A stretch of DNA of 59,332 nucleotides from the NCBI GenBank assembly GCA_016283295.1, contig JAEEMQ010000010.1:1-59332 (forward strand), written 5' to 3'. Source of the stretch: Alphaproteobacteria bacterium. GTDB lineage: Bacteria; Pseudomonadota; Alphaproteobacteria; RF32; CAG-239. The notes beneath the pieces are model-generated. The model was not told where the DNA came from and did not search any database. It saw nothing but the letters and a program-made list of their open reading frames with translations. Shown in pieces: positions 38,812-47,531 of the stretch (within the stretch, counting starts at the first letter, position 1; each line of letters opens with the position of its first letter). The position numbers and the translations under genes are program-made.

Positions 38812-40236
38812 ATGGTTGAATTCGTAATCGGGCGCAATATCGGCGCCAAAGGGGATAAAGTTATTGCGGCGGCAAAACCGGAAGATATCGTTAAGTTACT
38901 TAATGATAATGAAGCGGGGTTGGTTGCCGCCGTCAAAAAGCAAAAACCGGAAGATAAAATCAAAGAATATGATTTGGGCGAATATAAGGTGTTTATTGCC
39001 GTGATTAGGGCCCCTACGTCGGTAGAATGGCAAAAGTTCGGCGGGGCAATGTGGCAAAAAATCAAGAATTGCCGCACGGTTAAGGTGGCTCTGCCGAAGG
39101 TGAGCGCGCAAAAAGTGTATGACTTTGCGCTCGGCGTTGAGCTGACTTCGTATCGCTTTGATAAATATTTTACCAAGAAAAAAGAATCGTTTTATCCGAA
39201 ACTGGAAAAAATCGCTTTTACCAACACCGGTCTTAAAGATATGAGCGGCTATAAAGATGTTGCCGCCGTGGCCAATGCCGTGCGCTATGCCCGCGATTTG
39301 ATTAACGAGCCGGCAAATGCCATGACGCCGGAAATTTTGGCCGGGGATATCAAGCGCTTGGAATATCTCGGTCTGGAAGTGGAAATTTTGGAAGAAACCA
39401 AAATGCGGGAGCTCGGCTTTAATTTGGCGCTGGCGGTGGCGCAAGGTTCGGTTAATCGGCCGCGGATTGCGATTATCAAATGGCGCGGCAACCCGAAAGA
39501 CGATAAATTTGCGGTCGGTCTGGTCGGCAAGGGCGTAACTTTCGACAGCGGCGGTATATCGATTAAACCGGCGGCCAATATGGGCGATATGAAACAGGAT
39601 ATGGCCGGTGCGGCGGCAATGACGGCGGTGATGAAATCGCTGGCTTTGCAAAAAACGCCGAAAAATGTGGTGGCGGTTGTCGGTTTGGTGGAAAATATGC
39701 CGTCGGGAAGCGCTTATCGTCCGGGTGATGTCTTTACTTCTATGTCCGGCCAGACGGTGGAAGTTTTGAATACCGATGCGGAAGGGCGGTTGGTGTTGGC
39801 CGATTGTCTGACCTATATTCAAAAGACGTTCAAGCCGAAATGTATTGCCGATATGGCGACTTTGACCGGAGCGATTATTATTGCGCTGGGCCATACTTTT
39901 GCCGGTATTTTTGCCAATAACGACAAGCTGGCGGAAAAAATTACGGCGGCCGGCAAACAGAGCGGCGAGCGGGTATGGCGGTTGCCGATGGATGCCGAAT
40001 ATGACAAGCAGATGGATTCTACGATTGCCGATATGCGGAATATCGGCGGCGGACGCGTGGCAGGTTCGGCAACGGCGGCGTGTTTCCTGCAACGTTTTGT
40101 TGAGAAAGGGACACCATGGGTGCATATCGATATTGCCGGTATGGACCTGAGCGAAGGTACAAATGTTTTGTATCCGAAAGGAGCCAGCGGCTTCGGGGTG
40201 CGTTTGCTCAACACGTTTATTAATTCGCTGAAATAA
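38812..40236 (+). CDS. pepA: Leucyl aminopeptidase (M17)
   Basis: VGKGVTFDSGGISIKP, MKQDMAGAA, NTDAEGRLVLAD, ATLTGA, HIDIAG. Confidence 0.96.
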   Translation: MVEFVIGRNIGAKGDKVIAAAKPEDIVKLLNDNEAGLVAAVKKQKPEDKIKEYDLGEYKVFIAVIRAPTSVEWQKFGGAMWQKIKNCRTVKVALPKVSAQKVYDFALGVELTSYRFDKYFTKKKESFYPKLEKIAFTNTGLKDMSGYKDVAAVANAVRYARDLINEPANAMTPEILAGDIKRLEYLGLEVEILEETKMRELGFNLALAVAQGSVNRPRIAIIKWRGNPKDDKFAVGLVGKGVTFDSGGISIKPAANMGDMKQDMAGAAAMTAVMKSLALQKTPKNVVAVVGLVENMPSGSAYRPGDVFTSMSGQTVEVLNTDAEGRLVLADCLTYIQKTFKPKCIADMATLTGAIIIALGHTFAGIFANNDKLAEKITAAGKQSGERVWRLPMDAEYDKQMDSTIADMRNIGGGRVAGSATAACFLQRFVEKGTPWVHIDIAGMDLSEGTNVLYPKGASGFGVRLLNTFINSLK

Positions 40237-40271
40237 TAAATCAGCCGCTGCAACGGCGGCCGGAAATATAT

Positions 40272-40312
40272 AAAATCCGCCTGAGGCAAGATGCTTTAAG
40301 CGGATTTTTTTT
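40272..40312 (+). terminator. Intrinsic terminator of pepA
   Basis: AAAATCCGC...GCGGATTTT plus T run. Confidence 0.85.
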
Positions 40313-40317
40313 ATTAA

Positions 40318-40602
40318 TGTCATCCTTCGCACGGCACGGCGCGTCCGTGCGTCCAAGGATCTCATCTTTCAATGCCGTCGGCATTGCTTCCGATTCACAA
40401 AAAATATAGCGCTTCGCAAAGGTCAGATGTCTTGACGCGGTGATGCACCGCACACCGCGAGGCATGACAATAAAATGCCGCCGTGCGACTTTAGCAGTAG
40501 GATTTTTTTGTTTGACTCCGAGCTGTTTTTTATTTAAGGTATGCGTCGGAAAATCTATAATTATAACAGCGAATTATTAATCAAACAAAATATTATTAAA
40601 GT
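40318..40602 (+). repeat. Module copy 1: inverted pair of GTCAT-ended REP-like palindromes + promoter + AT-rich leader
   Basis: TGTCATCC...GGATCT (40318-40362) and AGATGTC...GGCATGACA (40425-40469); TTGACT(40512)-17-TAAGGT(40535); 40364-40563 nearly identical to 41801-42000. Confidence 0.85.
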
Positions 40603-41094
40603 ATGGAACATGTTATTGAATCTCGTGTTATCTTGGGATTGTTGATCCTGATACACTTGTTTGCCGGTTATGCCTCCGGTATTTCTTGGGGACACATCAA
40701 CCGCAAAGTGCTTCACAGTGTCATCATAACGGAGCTGATTGCAGTAACGGCGTATATCATATACGACAACCTGCAGACGCCCCCGTACGATGGCTGGACT
40801 CTCGCCATTATCGGTTATCTCTTGCTGTATGCTCTGATTCTGATGACTTGGTACGGCTACTACATTTATACGGAGCTGGACAGGGATAAGGTTTATGAAA
40901 TGACCATCCGCGACCATATACGTTATATGAACGAGGATTATTTCCGCGGCACGGTAGTGGATGACAAGCGCGAAGTTGAGGTATATCTTCCTTATTCAGA
41001 GGAGCTTAAGCCGAAAGATAAAACCGCTAAAAAGCAAAATGTCAAATATGACAATGTGCTTAGGGGTGTTCACATTCTGGTAAAATTAACTTAA
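40603..41094 (+). CDS. Hypothetical membrane protein
   Basis: Three N-terminal hydrophobic segments, polar C-terminus; no SD. Confidence 0.75.
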   Translation: MEHVIESRVILGLLILIHLFAGYASGISWGHINRKVLHSVIITELIAVTAYIIYDNLQTPPYDGWTLAIIGYLLLYALILMTWYGYYIYTELDRDKVYEMTIRDHIRYMNEDYFRGTVVDDKREVEVYLPYSEELKPKDKTAKKQNVKYDNVLRGVHILVKLT

Positions 41095-41107
41095 AACATA
41101 AACGCGT

Positions 41108-41248
41108 ATGGAAAAAAACAGTAAAGCGCCGCAAGGCAAGAAAGCTTACACAGCTCAAGAAGCTGAAGCCATGGGTTTTTCTATCGAAGAGCCGAAAAGG
41201 TTACGCTCTTTCAAGAGCAGTCCCTATTACAGATGTAGTAACTCTTAA
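41108..41248 (+). CDS. Small hypothetical protein (46 aa), below the ORF-track cutoff
   Basis: MEKNSKAPQGKKAYTAQEAEAMGFSIEEPKRLRSFKSSPYYRCSNS; fills the gap neatly and has the same GCGTATG start context as the next gene. Confidence 0.5.
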   Translation: MEKNSKAPQGKKAYTAQEAEAMGFSIEEPKRLRSFKSSPYYRCSNS

Positions 41249-41260
41249 ATACAAAAGCGT

Positions 41261-41707
41261 ATGAAAAAGTTAGTCTTTGCGTTAATTGCCGCGCTCAGCG
41301 TAGCATTAACCGGTTGTTCCTCCTTTGAAAGCGACCCGATTGAGCCAAACATTATCGGCACGACATTCTTGCAAGAAGAAAAAGGCCTGATTTTTGCGGA
41401 GTTCGACTCTGTGCGCTATGCCCCGACAATCATCTACATCGGCAAAAAGGTCGGTCGAGACGGTATAGAGGCAAAAATCGAGCCGATTGCTGGTATGCAG
41501 GTTACGGCATTTACCAGCAATATGCATCAAAAGCCGGTCTTTTTTGCCGGTCAGGTAACAGCCGATCAGATTGAGAAATACTATCACAGAGACTTTACGG
41601 CTTTGATTATTCTCGCAATCATAATCATCGGTCTTATGCTGATGTGTATTATCATTCCTGCTGTCAACGGCAAACGTACCGCTAAAGTTGCAGATGTTCA
41701 TGATTAA
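41261..41707 (+). CDS. Hypothetical lipoprotein with C-terminal TM helix
   Basis: Lipobox LTGC; hydrophobic ALIILAIIIIGLMLMCIII. Confidence 0.75.
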   Translation: MKKLVFALIAALSVALTGCSSFESDPIEPNIIGTTFLQEEKGLIFAEFDSVRYAPTIIYIGKKVGRDGIEAKIEPIAGMQVTAFTSNMHQKPVFFAGQVTADQIEKYYHRDFTALIILAIIIIGLMLMCIIIPAVNGKRTAKVADVHD

Positions 41708-41708
41708 T

Positions 41709-41749
41709 AAAAACTCCCCCGCCGCTAACCGCCGCGGGGGAGTTTTTTT
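41709..41749 (+). terminator. Intrinsic terminator, cassette copy 1
   Basis: AAAAACTCCCCCGC...GCGGGGGAGTTTTTTT. Confidence 0.9.
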
Positions 41750-41754
41750 ATTAT

Positions 41755-42032
41755 GGTCATACCTCAACCTGCGCTGTGCGTCAGGTTGTCAAGGTATCTA
41801 ATCTTTCAATGCCGTCGGCATTGCTTCCGATTTACAAAAGATATAGCGCTTCGCAAAGGTCAGATGCCTTGACGCGGTGATGCACCGCACACCGCGAGGC
41901 ATGACAATAAAAGGGCGCCGTGCGACTTTAGCGGTAGGATTTTTTTGTTTGACTCCGATCTGTTTTTTATTTAAGGTATGCGCCGGAAAACCTATAATTA
42001 TTCGAAATTATTAACTTTAAATATTATTACTT
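41755..42032 (+). repeat. Module copy 2: REP-like palindrome pair + promoter + leader
   Basis: GGTCATACC...GGTATCT (41755-41799), AGATGCC...GGCATGACA (41862-41906), TTGACT(41949)-17-TAAGGT(41972). Confidence 0.85.
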
Positions 42033-42440
42033 ATGGATTTAAAACTACTGAAAATCATTAGAGATGTGTGTCCGAAAAGTTGCATCGTAAAAAGTCTGTC
42101 AACCAGACGCAAAGGCAATCCGGACCTGGTGATTGTAAAATTTCCCGCCGTCAGGATTATACGGGGTTATACCGTAGATGATTGGGAAATTGAACAAACG
42201 CATGATTTACATCACAGCAAAATCCGTCCGTTGAAACTCCCCGAAGGATGCAGAGTGTTTTATTGCTGCGGAGAGTTTTTTGTGTTTTATTCACCTTTGG
42301 GCGGATTCCTTGAAGATTTCGGAGGGTACATCACATATAAGGTATTCGGTAAAGACGAATATCAACGATATGTCGGTATATGCTACGATATCAACAAACT
42401 TATTTCTTATCTGACCGATACGGAAGATATTGTTTATTGA
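42033..42440 (+). CDS. Hypothetical protein (135 aa)
   Basis: AT-rich ORF between module copy 2 and terminator copy 2. Confidence 0.65.
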   Translation: MDLKLLKIIRDVCPKSCIVKSLSTRRKGNPDLVIVKFPAVRIIRGYTVDDWEIEQTHDLHHSKIRPLKLPEGCRVFYCCGEFFVFYSPLGGFLEDFGGYITYKVFGKDEYQRYVGICYDINKLISYLTDTEDIVY

Positions 42441-42444
42441 ATAA

Positions 42445-42487
42445 AAAACTCCCCCGCCGCCATCGTGCCGCGGGGGAGTTTTGTTTT
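42445..42487. terminator. Intrinsic (probably bidirectional) terminator, cassette copy 2
   Basis: AAAACTCCCCCGC...GCGGGGGAGTTTT, same stem as 41709-41749. Confidence 0.9.
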
Positions 42488-42495
42488 ATAAGTAA

Positions 42496-43002
42496 CTAAA
42501 TGTTACCGAACAAATCAGCTTTCAGCATATCGCCGAGCTCGATGTTGTATTTATCGGCCTGACCGGCATTAATCTCCAACACCGCACGCGGTCTTTTCGG
42601 AGCAACAATCGGAGTAATGTCGTTCGGTTGTGCATTTTTATAAATGTAGAAAACAACGCCGTTTTCATCCAGGAACAGCATATCCAGCGGAATCAGCGTA
42701 TCTTTCATCCAAAATGCGATCTGGGCATCTTTCGGCGCAATATTAACATCAAACAGCAAACCGTAGTTCTCATCAATAGAGGTGCGTCCCATTAAGCCGT
42801 GATAAATCTTTTCCTGTGTATCGGCAACATTGATTTGGAAAGTATTCTTTGTCTCCCCGCCGTCTCTAGCCACAACCGCGGCTTCGGAAACTGCAGGCCA
42901 TTCAAGAGAGGCTTTGTTGGCGGCCTGGTTATTTTCTTCATCGGAACATGCAGACATCAAAACCATTGCTGCCAGCGCTAAAATTCTGTAAAACTTAAAC
43001 AT
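42496..43002 (-). CDS. DUF192-family lipoprotein
   Basis: Lipobox MSAC; GLMGR, FWMKDTLIPLDMLF, VLEINAG; ATG 43002 with AGGAG SD. Confidence 0.88.
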   Translation of the reverse strand: MFKFYRILALAAMVLMSACSDEENNQAANKASLEWPAVSEAAVVARDGGETKNTFQINVADTQEKIYHGLMGRTSIDENYGLLFDVNIAPKDAQIAFWMKDTLIPLDMLFLDENGVVFYIYKNAQPNDITPIVAPKRPRAVLEINAGQADKYNIELGDMLKADLFGNI

Positions 43003-43187
43003 AATCACTCCTATTTTTATCGTTTGACGTGTGTATGGTACAGCACATTTTCAATAAGTTCAAACATATTTTAATAATTATTTACAAAAAAAACGTTAAT
43101 TTTTTTGGGGAAAAACCGCTTTTCCGTTTGTGTTAATATGTAATATCTCATAGATTATAAAGCAAAGAATTTTAAAGGAGATATGAT

Positions 43188-43658
43188 ATGAAAAAGTTGT
43201 TATTTGTCGGTATGTCCCTGATTTTAAGCGGTTGCGCCGGGTTATTCAACGGTCCGGATTGCCGTTTATCCGAAGATGAATACGTTTCCAAAATTGCCGA
43301 GGCAAGATTGGAGGGAATTGTACATTTTGACGACGGTAAGGCCGATTTGAAGGAAAAAGATTTGCAAATCATTCGCGATGTTGCCGCCAAAACAACCGAC
43401 GATGCGATATTGGTCGTTTACGGACACGCTTCGCATCGCACCAGAACCAAGGACCCGATACAGCGGATTTTGGTAAATATCGATATTTCCAACGAGCGAG
43501 CGGTTAATACGGCAAAAGCTTTGGCCGCGGCCGGAGTTTCTGCCGATAAAATAAGCACTATCGCCATGTTTGACAGCCGTCCGGTTAAAAAGGAAGTTAC
43601 CAGAGCCGATGAGGCCGCCAACCGTCGTGCGGAAATCTATTTGTATCGGCTTAAGTAA
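43188..43658 (+). CDS. OmpA-family peptidoglycan-binding lipoprotein
   Basis: Lipobox LSGC; VHFDDGKADL, VYGHAS, ISNERA, ANRRAEI. Confidence 0.88.
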   Translation: MKKLLFVGMSLILSGCAGLFNGPDCRLSEDEYVSKIAEARLEGIVHFDDGKADLKEKDLQIIRDVAAKTTDDAILVVYGHASHRTRTKDPIQRILVNIDISNERAVNTAKALAAAGVSADKISTIAMFDSRPVKKEVTRADEAANRRAEIYLYRLK

Positions 43659-45412
43659 TGCAAGACGATATTTCTTTGGGCGGAAATATATGGAACGAGC
43701 CGGAAACGGACGATAAACTTTGTCATCATATATCGGAAGTTTGCGGGGTTCCGCTTTCTATTGCGCGGATTTTGTGTTTGCGCGGTATTGCCGCCGAAGA
43801 AGCCGATAGTTTTTTGCACCCGAAAATTCAGAAACTGATGCCGGAGCCGACGGTATTAAAAGATATGCAAAAAGCATCCGAGCGCATTGCCGCGGCGGTG
43901 GAAAAGCACGAGCAGATAGCGATAATCGGCGATTATGACGTTGACGGTGCCACCTCAACTTCGATTTTAACCCGTTTCTTCCGCCAGGTGGGGATTGAGC
44001 CGCTTATCCATATTCCGAGCCGGGAAGAAGGCTACGGGCCGAGCGATGTCGCTTTTAAGGAATTTGCCGACGGTAAGGCAAGTTTGGTTATTACCATAGA
44101 TTGCGGTACCACGGCGTTTGAGGTGTTAAATCGGGCGGCCGAAAAGTTTGATATTATCGTTATCGATCATCACGAGGCTGAGCCGATTTTGCCGAAGGTG
44201 TATGCGGTGGTTAACCCGAAACGGCTGGATGAGGATAATCCGTATACCTATTTGCAATATATGTCGGCGGTGGGAGTCGGTTTTATGGTGTTGGTGGCGG
44301 TGAACAGGCTGTTGCGGCAACGCGGCTTTTATCAAAATCGTCCGGAGCCGGATTTGCTGCAACTGCTGGATTTGGTGGCGCTCGGCACGGTGTGCGACGT
44401 AGTGCCGCTGCTCGGTCTCAACCGGGCTTATGTGCGCCAGGGCTTAAAGGTTATGCATAAGCTGCAAAATGTCGGATTGCGGCAGCTGATGAAGGTTTTG
44501 AATTTGCAGGAAGCGCCGACGGCGTATCATTTGGGCTTTGCCATCGGACCGCGAATCAATGCCTGCGGTCGGGTGGGCGATGCGCGGCTCGGCAGCCGGT
44601 TATTGTGTTCGGAAAGCGAAGAAGAAGCGCAAATGTTGGCCGAACAATTCAACCAGTTTAATTTTGAGCGCAAAGAAATCGAGAATTTTGTACTGCTTGA
44701 TGCAATTGAGCAGATTGAAGGCACGCCGCAGGAATATCCGATGGTGTTTGTTTACGGTCATGACTGGCATCAGGGAGTTATCGGCATTGTGGCCGGAAAG
44801 TTGCGCGAACGTTACAATGTGCCGGCATTCGTAATGTCGGTGGAACCGGACGAGGTAAAAGGTTCGGCACGTTCTACCGAGGGAATTGATTTGGGTGCGT
44901 TGATTCTTTCGGCCAAAGAAAAAGGCGTTATCAGCGGCGGCGGTGGACATATTATGGCGGCCGGTTTTTCGCTGAGTGAAGAACAGATACCCGAATTCAG
45001 GAAATTTGCCGGCGAATATATTTTGTCGCGGCTCGGTAACGAAAAAATCGTGCCGGTGCTTAATATCGACGCGGTGGTAAGCCCGAGCGCGATTAACGAA
45101 CAATTTGCCGAGGATTTGCAGCTGCTCGAGCCTTACGGCACCGGAAATCCCGAACCGCAGATTATGTTGCGGAACGTGCGTTTCGGTTGGGCGCAGATTG
45201 TAGGCAGCGGTCATGTTAAATGTACTTTGCTGTCGGCCGCGGGCGATAAAATCCCGGCGATTGCTTTTCGCGCCGCCGATAATGATATCGGTCAGGCAAT
45301 ATTGCAAAATAACGGCGAAATGTTTGATGTGGCGGGATATGTGCGTTGCGACAGCTGGCAGGGGCGCAAACGCGTGCAAATGTTAATCAACGATATAAAG
45401 AGGAAGTCATGA
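43658..45412 (+). CDS. recJ: ssDNA exonuclease RecJ
   Basis: GDYDVDGATS, TIDCG, IDHH, LGTVCDVVPL, GPRINACGR, KGSARS, GGGHIMAAG. Confidence 0.96.
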   Translation: MQDDISLGGNIWNEPETDDKLCHHISEVCGVPLSIARILCLRGIAAEEADSFLHPKIQKLMPEPTVLKDMQKASERIAAAVEKHEQIAIIGDYDVDGATSTSILTRFFRQVGIEPLIHIPSREEGYGPSDVAFKEFADGKASLVITIDCGTTAFEVLNRAAEKFDIIVIDHHEAEPILPKVYAVVNPKRLDEDNPYTYLQYMSAVGVGFMVLVAVNRLLRQRGFYQNRPEPDLLQLLDLVALGTVCDVVPLLGLNRAYVRQGLKVMHKLQNVGLRQLMKVLNLQEAPTAYHLGFAIGPRINACGRVGDARLGSRLLCSESEEEAQMLAEQFNQFNFERKEIENFVLLDAIEQIEGTPQEYPMVFVYGHDWHQGVIGIVAGKLRERYNVPAFVMSVEPDEVKGSARSTEGIDLGALILSAKEKGVISGGGGHIMAAGFSLSEEQIPEFRKFAGEYILSRLGNEKIVPVLNIDAVVSPSAINEQFAEDLQLLEPYGTGNPEPQIMLRNVRFGWAQIVGSGHVKCTLLSAAGDKIPAIAFRAADNDIGQAILQNNGEMFDVAGYVRCDSWQGRKRVQMLINDIKRKS

Positions 45413-46065
45413 AACAGGAAAACAAAGCGGAAGATACCTTCTTTCGCAGATTGAAAAATTACTTTTTTACCGGCGTTATTGTGGCGGCACCGGTGGCGAT
45501 TACGATATATATGTCGTATCATCTGGTGATATGGATAAACGAGGTAACCAAAAAGCTGATACCGCAACAATGGAAAATCGGTGATTTTGTGCCGTATGCC
45601 GTGCCGGGGCTGGGTTTGTTGTTGCTGATTTTGTTGCTACTGTTTATCGGTATGCTGACCACCGGCTATATCGGCAAGTTTTTTGTGCGGCTGTGGGAAA
45701 AAATAATTCGCAAAATGCCTGTAATTTCAAGCATATACTCGCTGTTGAAGCAGATTTTCGAAACGTTTTTATCGCAAAAATCCCGCTCGTTTAACGAGGT
45801 GGTGTTGGTGGAATATCCGCGCAAAGGGCTGTGGTCGATTGCGTTTGTCAGCAACACCGAAACCGGCGGCGAAATCGACGCCAATACCAAGCAAAAGACC
45901 TTGAGTATTTTTGTGCCGACCACACCGAACCCGACTTCCGGATTTTTGATTTTTGTGCCGGAAAATGATGTGATTAAACTCAACATGAGTGTTGAAGACG
46001 GCATTAAATATGTGATATCATGCGGCATCGTGACGCCGGATATGAAAGATAACGAAGAAGAATAA
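45409..46065 (+). CDS. DUF502 membrane protein
   Basis: LKNYFFTG, VVLVEYPRKG, FVPTTPNPTSGFL; ATG 45409 overlaps the recJ stop. Confidence 0.9.
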   Translation: MKQENKAEDTFFRRLKNYFFTGVIVAAPVAITIYMSYHLVIWINEVTKKLIPQQWKIGDFVPYAVPGLGLLLLILLLLFIGMLTTGYIGKFFVRLWEKIIRKMPVISSIYSLLKQIFETFLSQKSRSFNEVVLVEYPRKGLWSIAFVSNTETGGEIDANTKQKTLSIFVPTTPNPTSGFLIFVPENDVIKLNMSVEDGIKYVISCGIVTPDMKDNEEE

Positions 46066-46076
46066 AGGAAACTGAT

Positions 46077-46628
46077 ATGAGAACGAAACTTTTATCGGCT
46101 GTGGTGTTACTCGGTTGCTGCTTCGGTTTGCGGGCAGAAGCCAGTTGGTGGGCCGACAGTTATAATTTTTTGAAAAACGACATCAAAGAAGTGTGGTATG
46201 AGCACGATTATGAATTGTTTGTACCGTTCTATGCCTGGCATAACCGTTTGACCTATGACAGAGAACACCTCGACAGATATAACGAATATCCGTGGGGCGC
46301 GGGTTTCGGTATTTCGCACAGCAACGAAGAGGGAACATGGTCGGGGTTGTATGCTCTCGGTTTTAAGGATTCCAACTCGTATTTTGAAACATATTTCGGC
46401 TACGCTCGTCAATGGAACTGGTTTGCCGGCGAACAAGACCAATGGCATGCCGGTGTCGGCTATACATTGGGTCTGACCCAACGCCACGAATATCACTATA
46501 TTCCGGTGCCGTTGCCGTTGCCGCTGGTCGGTGCGGGATATCGCAATTTTGAAGTACACGGGGCGTATATTCCGGGCGTTAAAAACGACGGAAACGTGTT
46601 CTTTATGTTTGCCCGTTTGCGTATATAG
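46077..46628 (+). CDS. pagP: Lipid A palmitoyltransferase PagP
   Basis: Signal peptide; AWHNRLTYD...RYNEYPWGAGFG, LYALGFKDS, GYTLGLTQR, YIPVPLPLP, YIPG..NDGNVFF. Confidence 0.88.
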   Translation: MRTKLLSAVVLLGCCFGLRAEASWWADSYNFLKNDIKEVWYEHDYELFVPFYAWHNRLTYDREHLDRYNEYPWGAGFGISHSNEEGTWSGLYALGFKDSNSYFETYFGYARQWNWFAGEQDQWHAGVGYTLGLTQRHEYHYIPVPLPLPLVGAGYRNFEVHGAYIPGVKNDGNVFFMFARLRI

Positions 46629-46636
46629 GAGGTAAT

Positions 46637-47482
46637 ATGGAACAGAAAACTATCCAAATCGGGAAGGTGGCGCTCGGCAATAAACTGCCGTTGGCGCTTA
46701 TATCGGGACCATGCCAGATAGAGAGCCGCGAACACGCGATTTTTATTGCCGGTTCGTTGGTGGAAATTACGCAAAAACTCGGGCTGCCGTATATTTTTAA
46801 GGCTTCGTTTGATAAGGCTAACCGTACCTCGATCAACAGCGCGCGCGGTGTGGGGCTGGAAGAAGGAATGAAAACCTTTGAGCAAATTCGCAAGCTGTAT
46901 CCGGATTTGCCGATTTTGACCGATATTCACGAAGTATGGCAATGCGCCGAAGTGGCTAAATATGTGGATGTGCTGCAAATTCCGGCGTTTTTGTGCCGGC
47001 AGACCGATTTGGTGGTGGCGGCGGCCAAAACCGGCAAGGTGGTTAATATCAAAAAAGGCCAGTTTTTGGCACCGTGGGATGTGAAAAATATCGTAAAGAA
47101 GGTCGAAGATTCCGGAAATCATAATATTTGCATTACCGAGCGCGGTACCAGTTTCGGTTATAATACTTTGGTTACGGATATGCGGGCTTTTCCGCAAATT
47201 GCCAAAGATACCGGCTATCCGCTGATTTTTGATGCTACCCATTCGGTACAACAACCGGGAGGTTTGGGTGGAACTACCGGCGGACAGCGCGAGTTTGCAC
47301 CGGTGTTGGCCAGAGCGGCGGTGGCCGTGGGCGTGGCCGGTGTGTTTATCGAAACTCACGAAAACCCGGATAAGGCGCTCTCCGACGGGCCTAACTCCAT
47401 AAAGTTGAGCGATATGGAGCGGGTGCTGACCGAGTTGATGGCATTCGATAAAATCAATAAAACTTTGATAAAAGAATATTAA
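46637..47482 (+). CDS. kdsA: KDO-8-phosphate synthase
   Basis: GPCQIES, FKASFDKANRTS, QIPAFLCRQTD, KKGQF, DATHSVQQPGG, SDGPN. Confidence 0.97.
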   Translation: MEQKTIQIGKVALGNKLPLALISGPCQIESREHAIFIAGSLVEITQKLGLPYIFKASFDKANRTSINSARGVGLEEGMKTFEQIRKLYPDLPILTDIHEVWQCAEVAKYVDVLQIPAFLCRQTDLVVAAAKTGKVVNIKKGQFLAPWDVKNIVKKVEDSGNHNICITERGTSFGYNTLVTDMRAFPQIAKDTGYPLIFDATHSVQQPGGLGGTTGGQREFAPVLARAAVAVGVAGVFIETHENPDKALSDGPNSIKLSDMERVLTELMAFDKINKTLIKEY

Positions 47483-47531
47483 GAATTTTGTGCTATAAAA
47501 GGGACAACAGGGTTTTATTGACAGGTAGAAT

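Noticed and set aside
38896-40365. 489-aa minus-strand ORF
   Set aside because: Antisense shadow of pepA. The same applies to the long ORFs opposite the Lon-like gene, kdsA, parC and recJ.
40318-42032. IS element or MITE with target duplication; integron attC sites
   Set aside because: No transposase or integrase, no clear target-site duplication and no clear RYYYAAC...GTTRRRY attC ends; recorded as REP-like modules instead.
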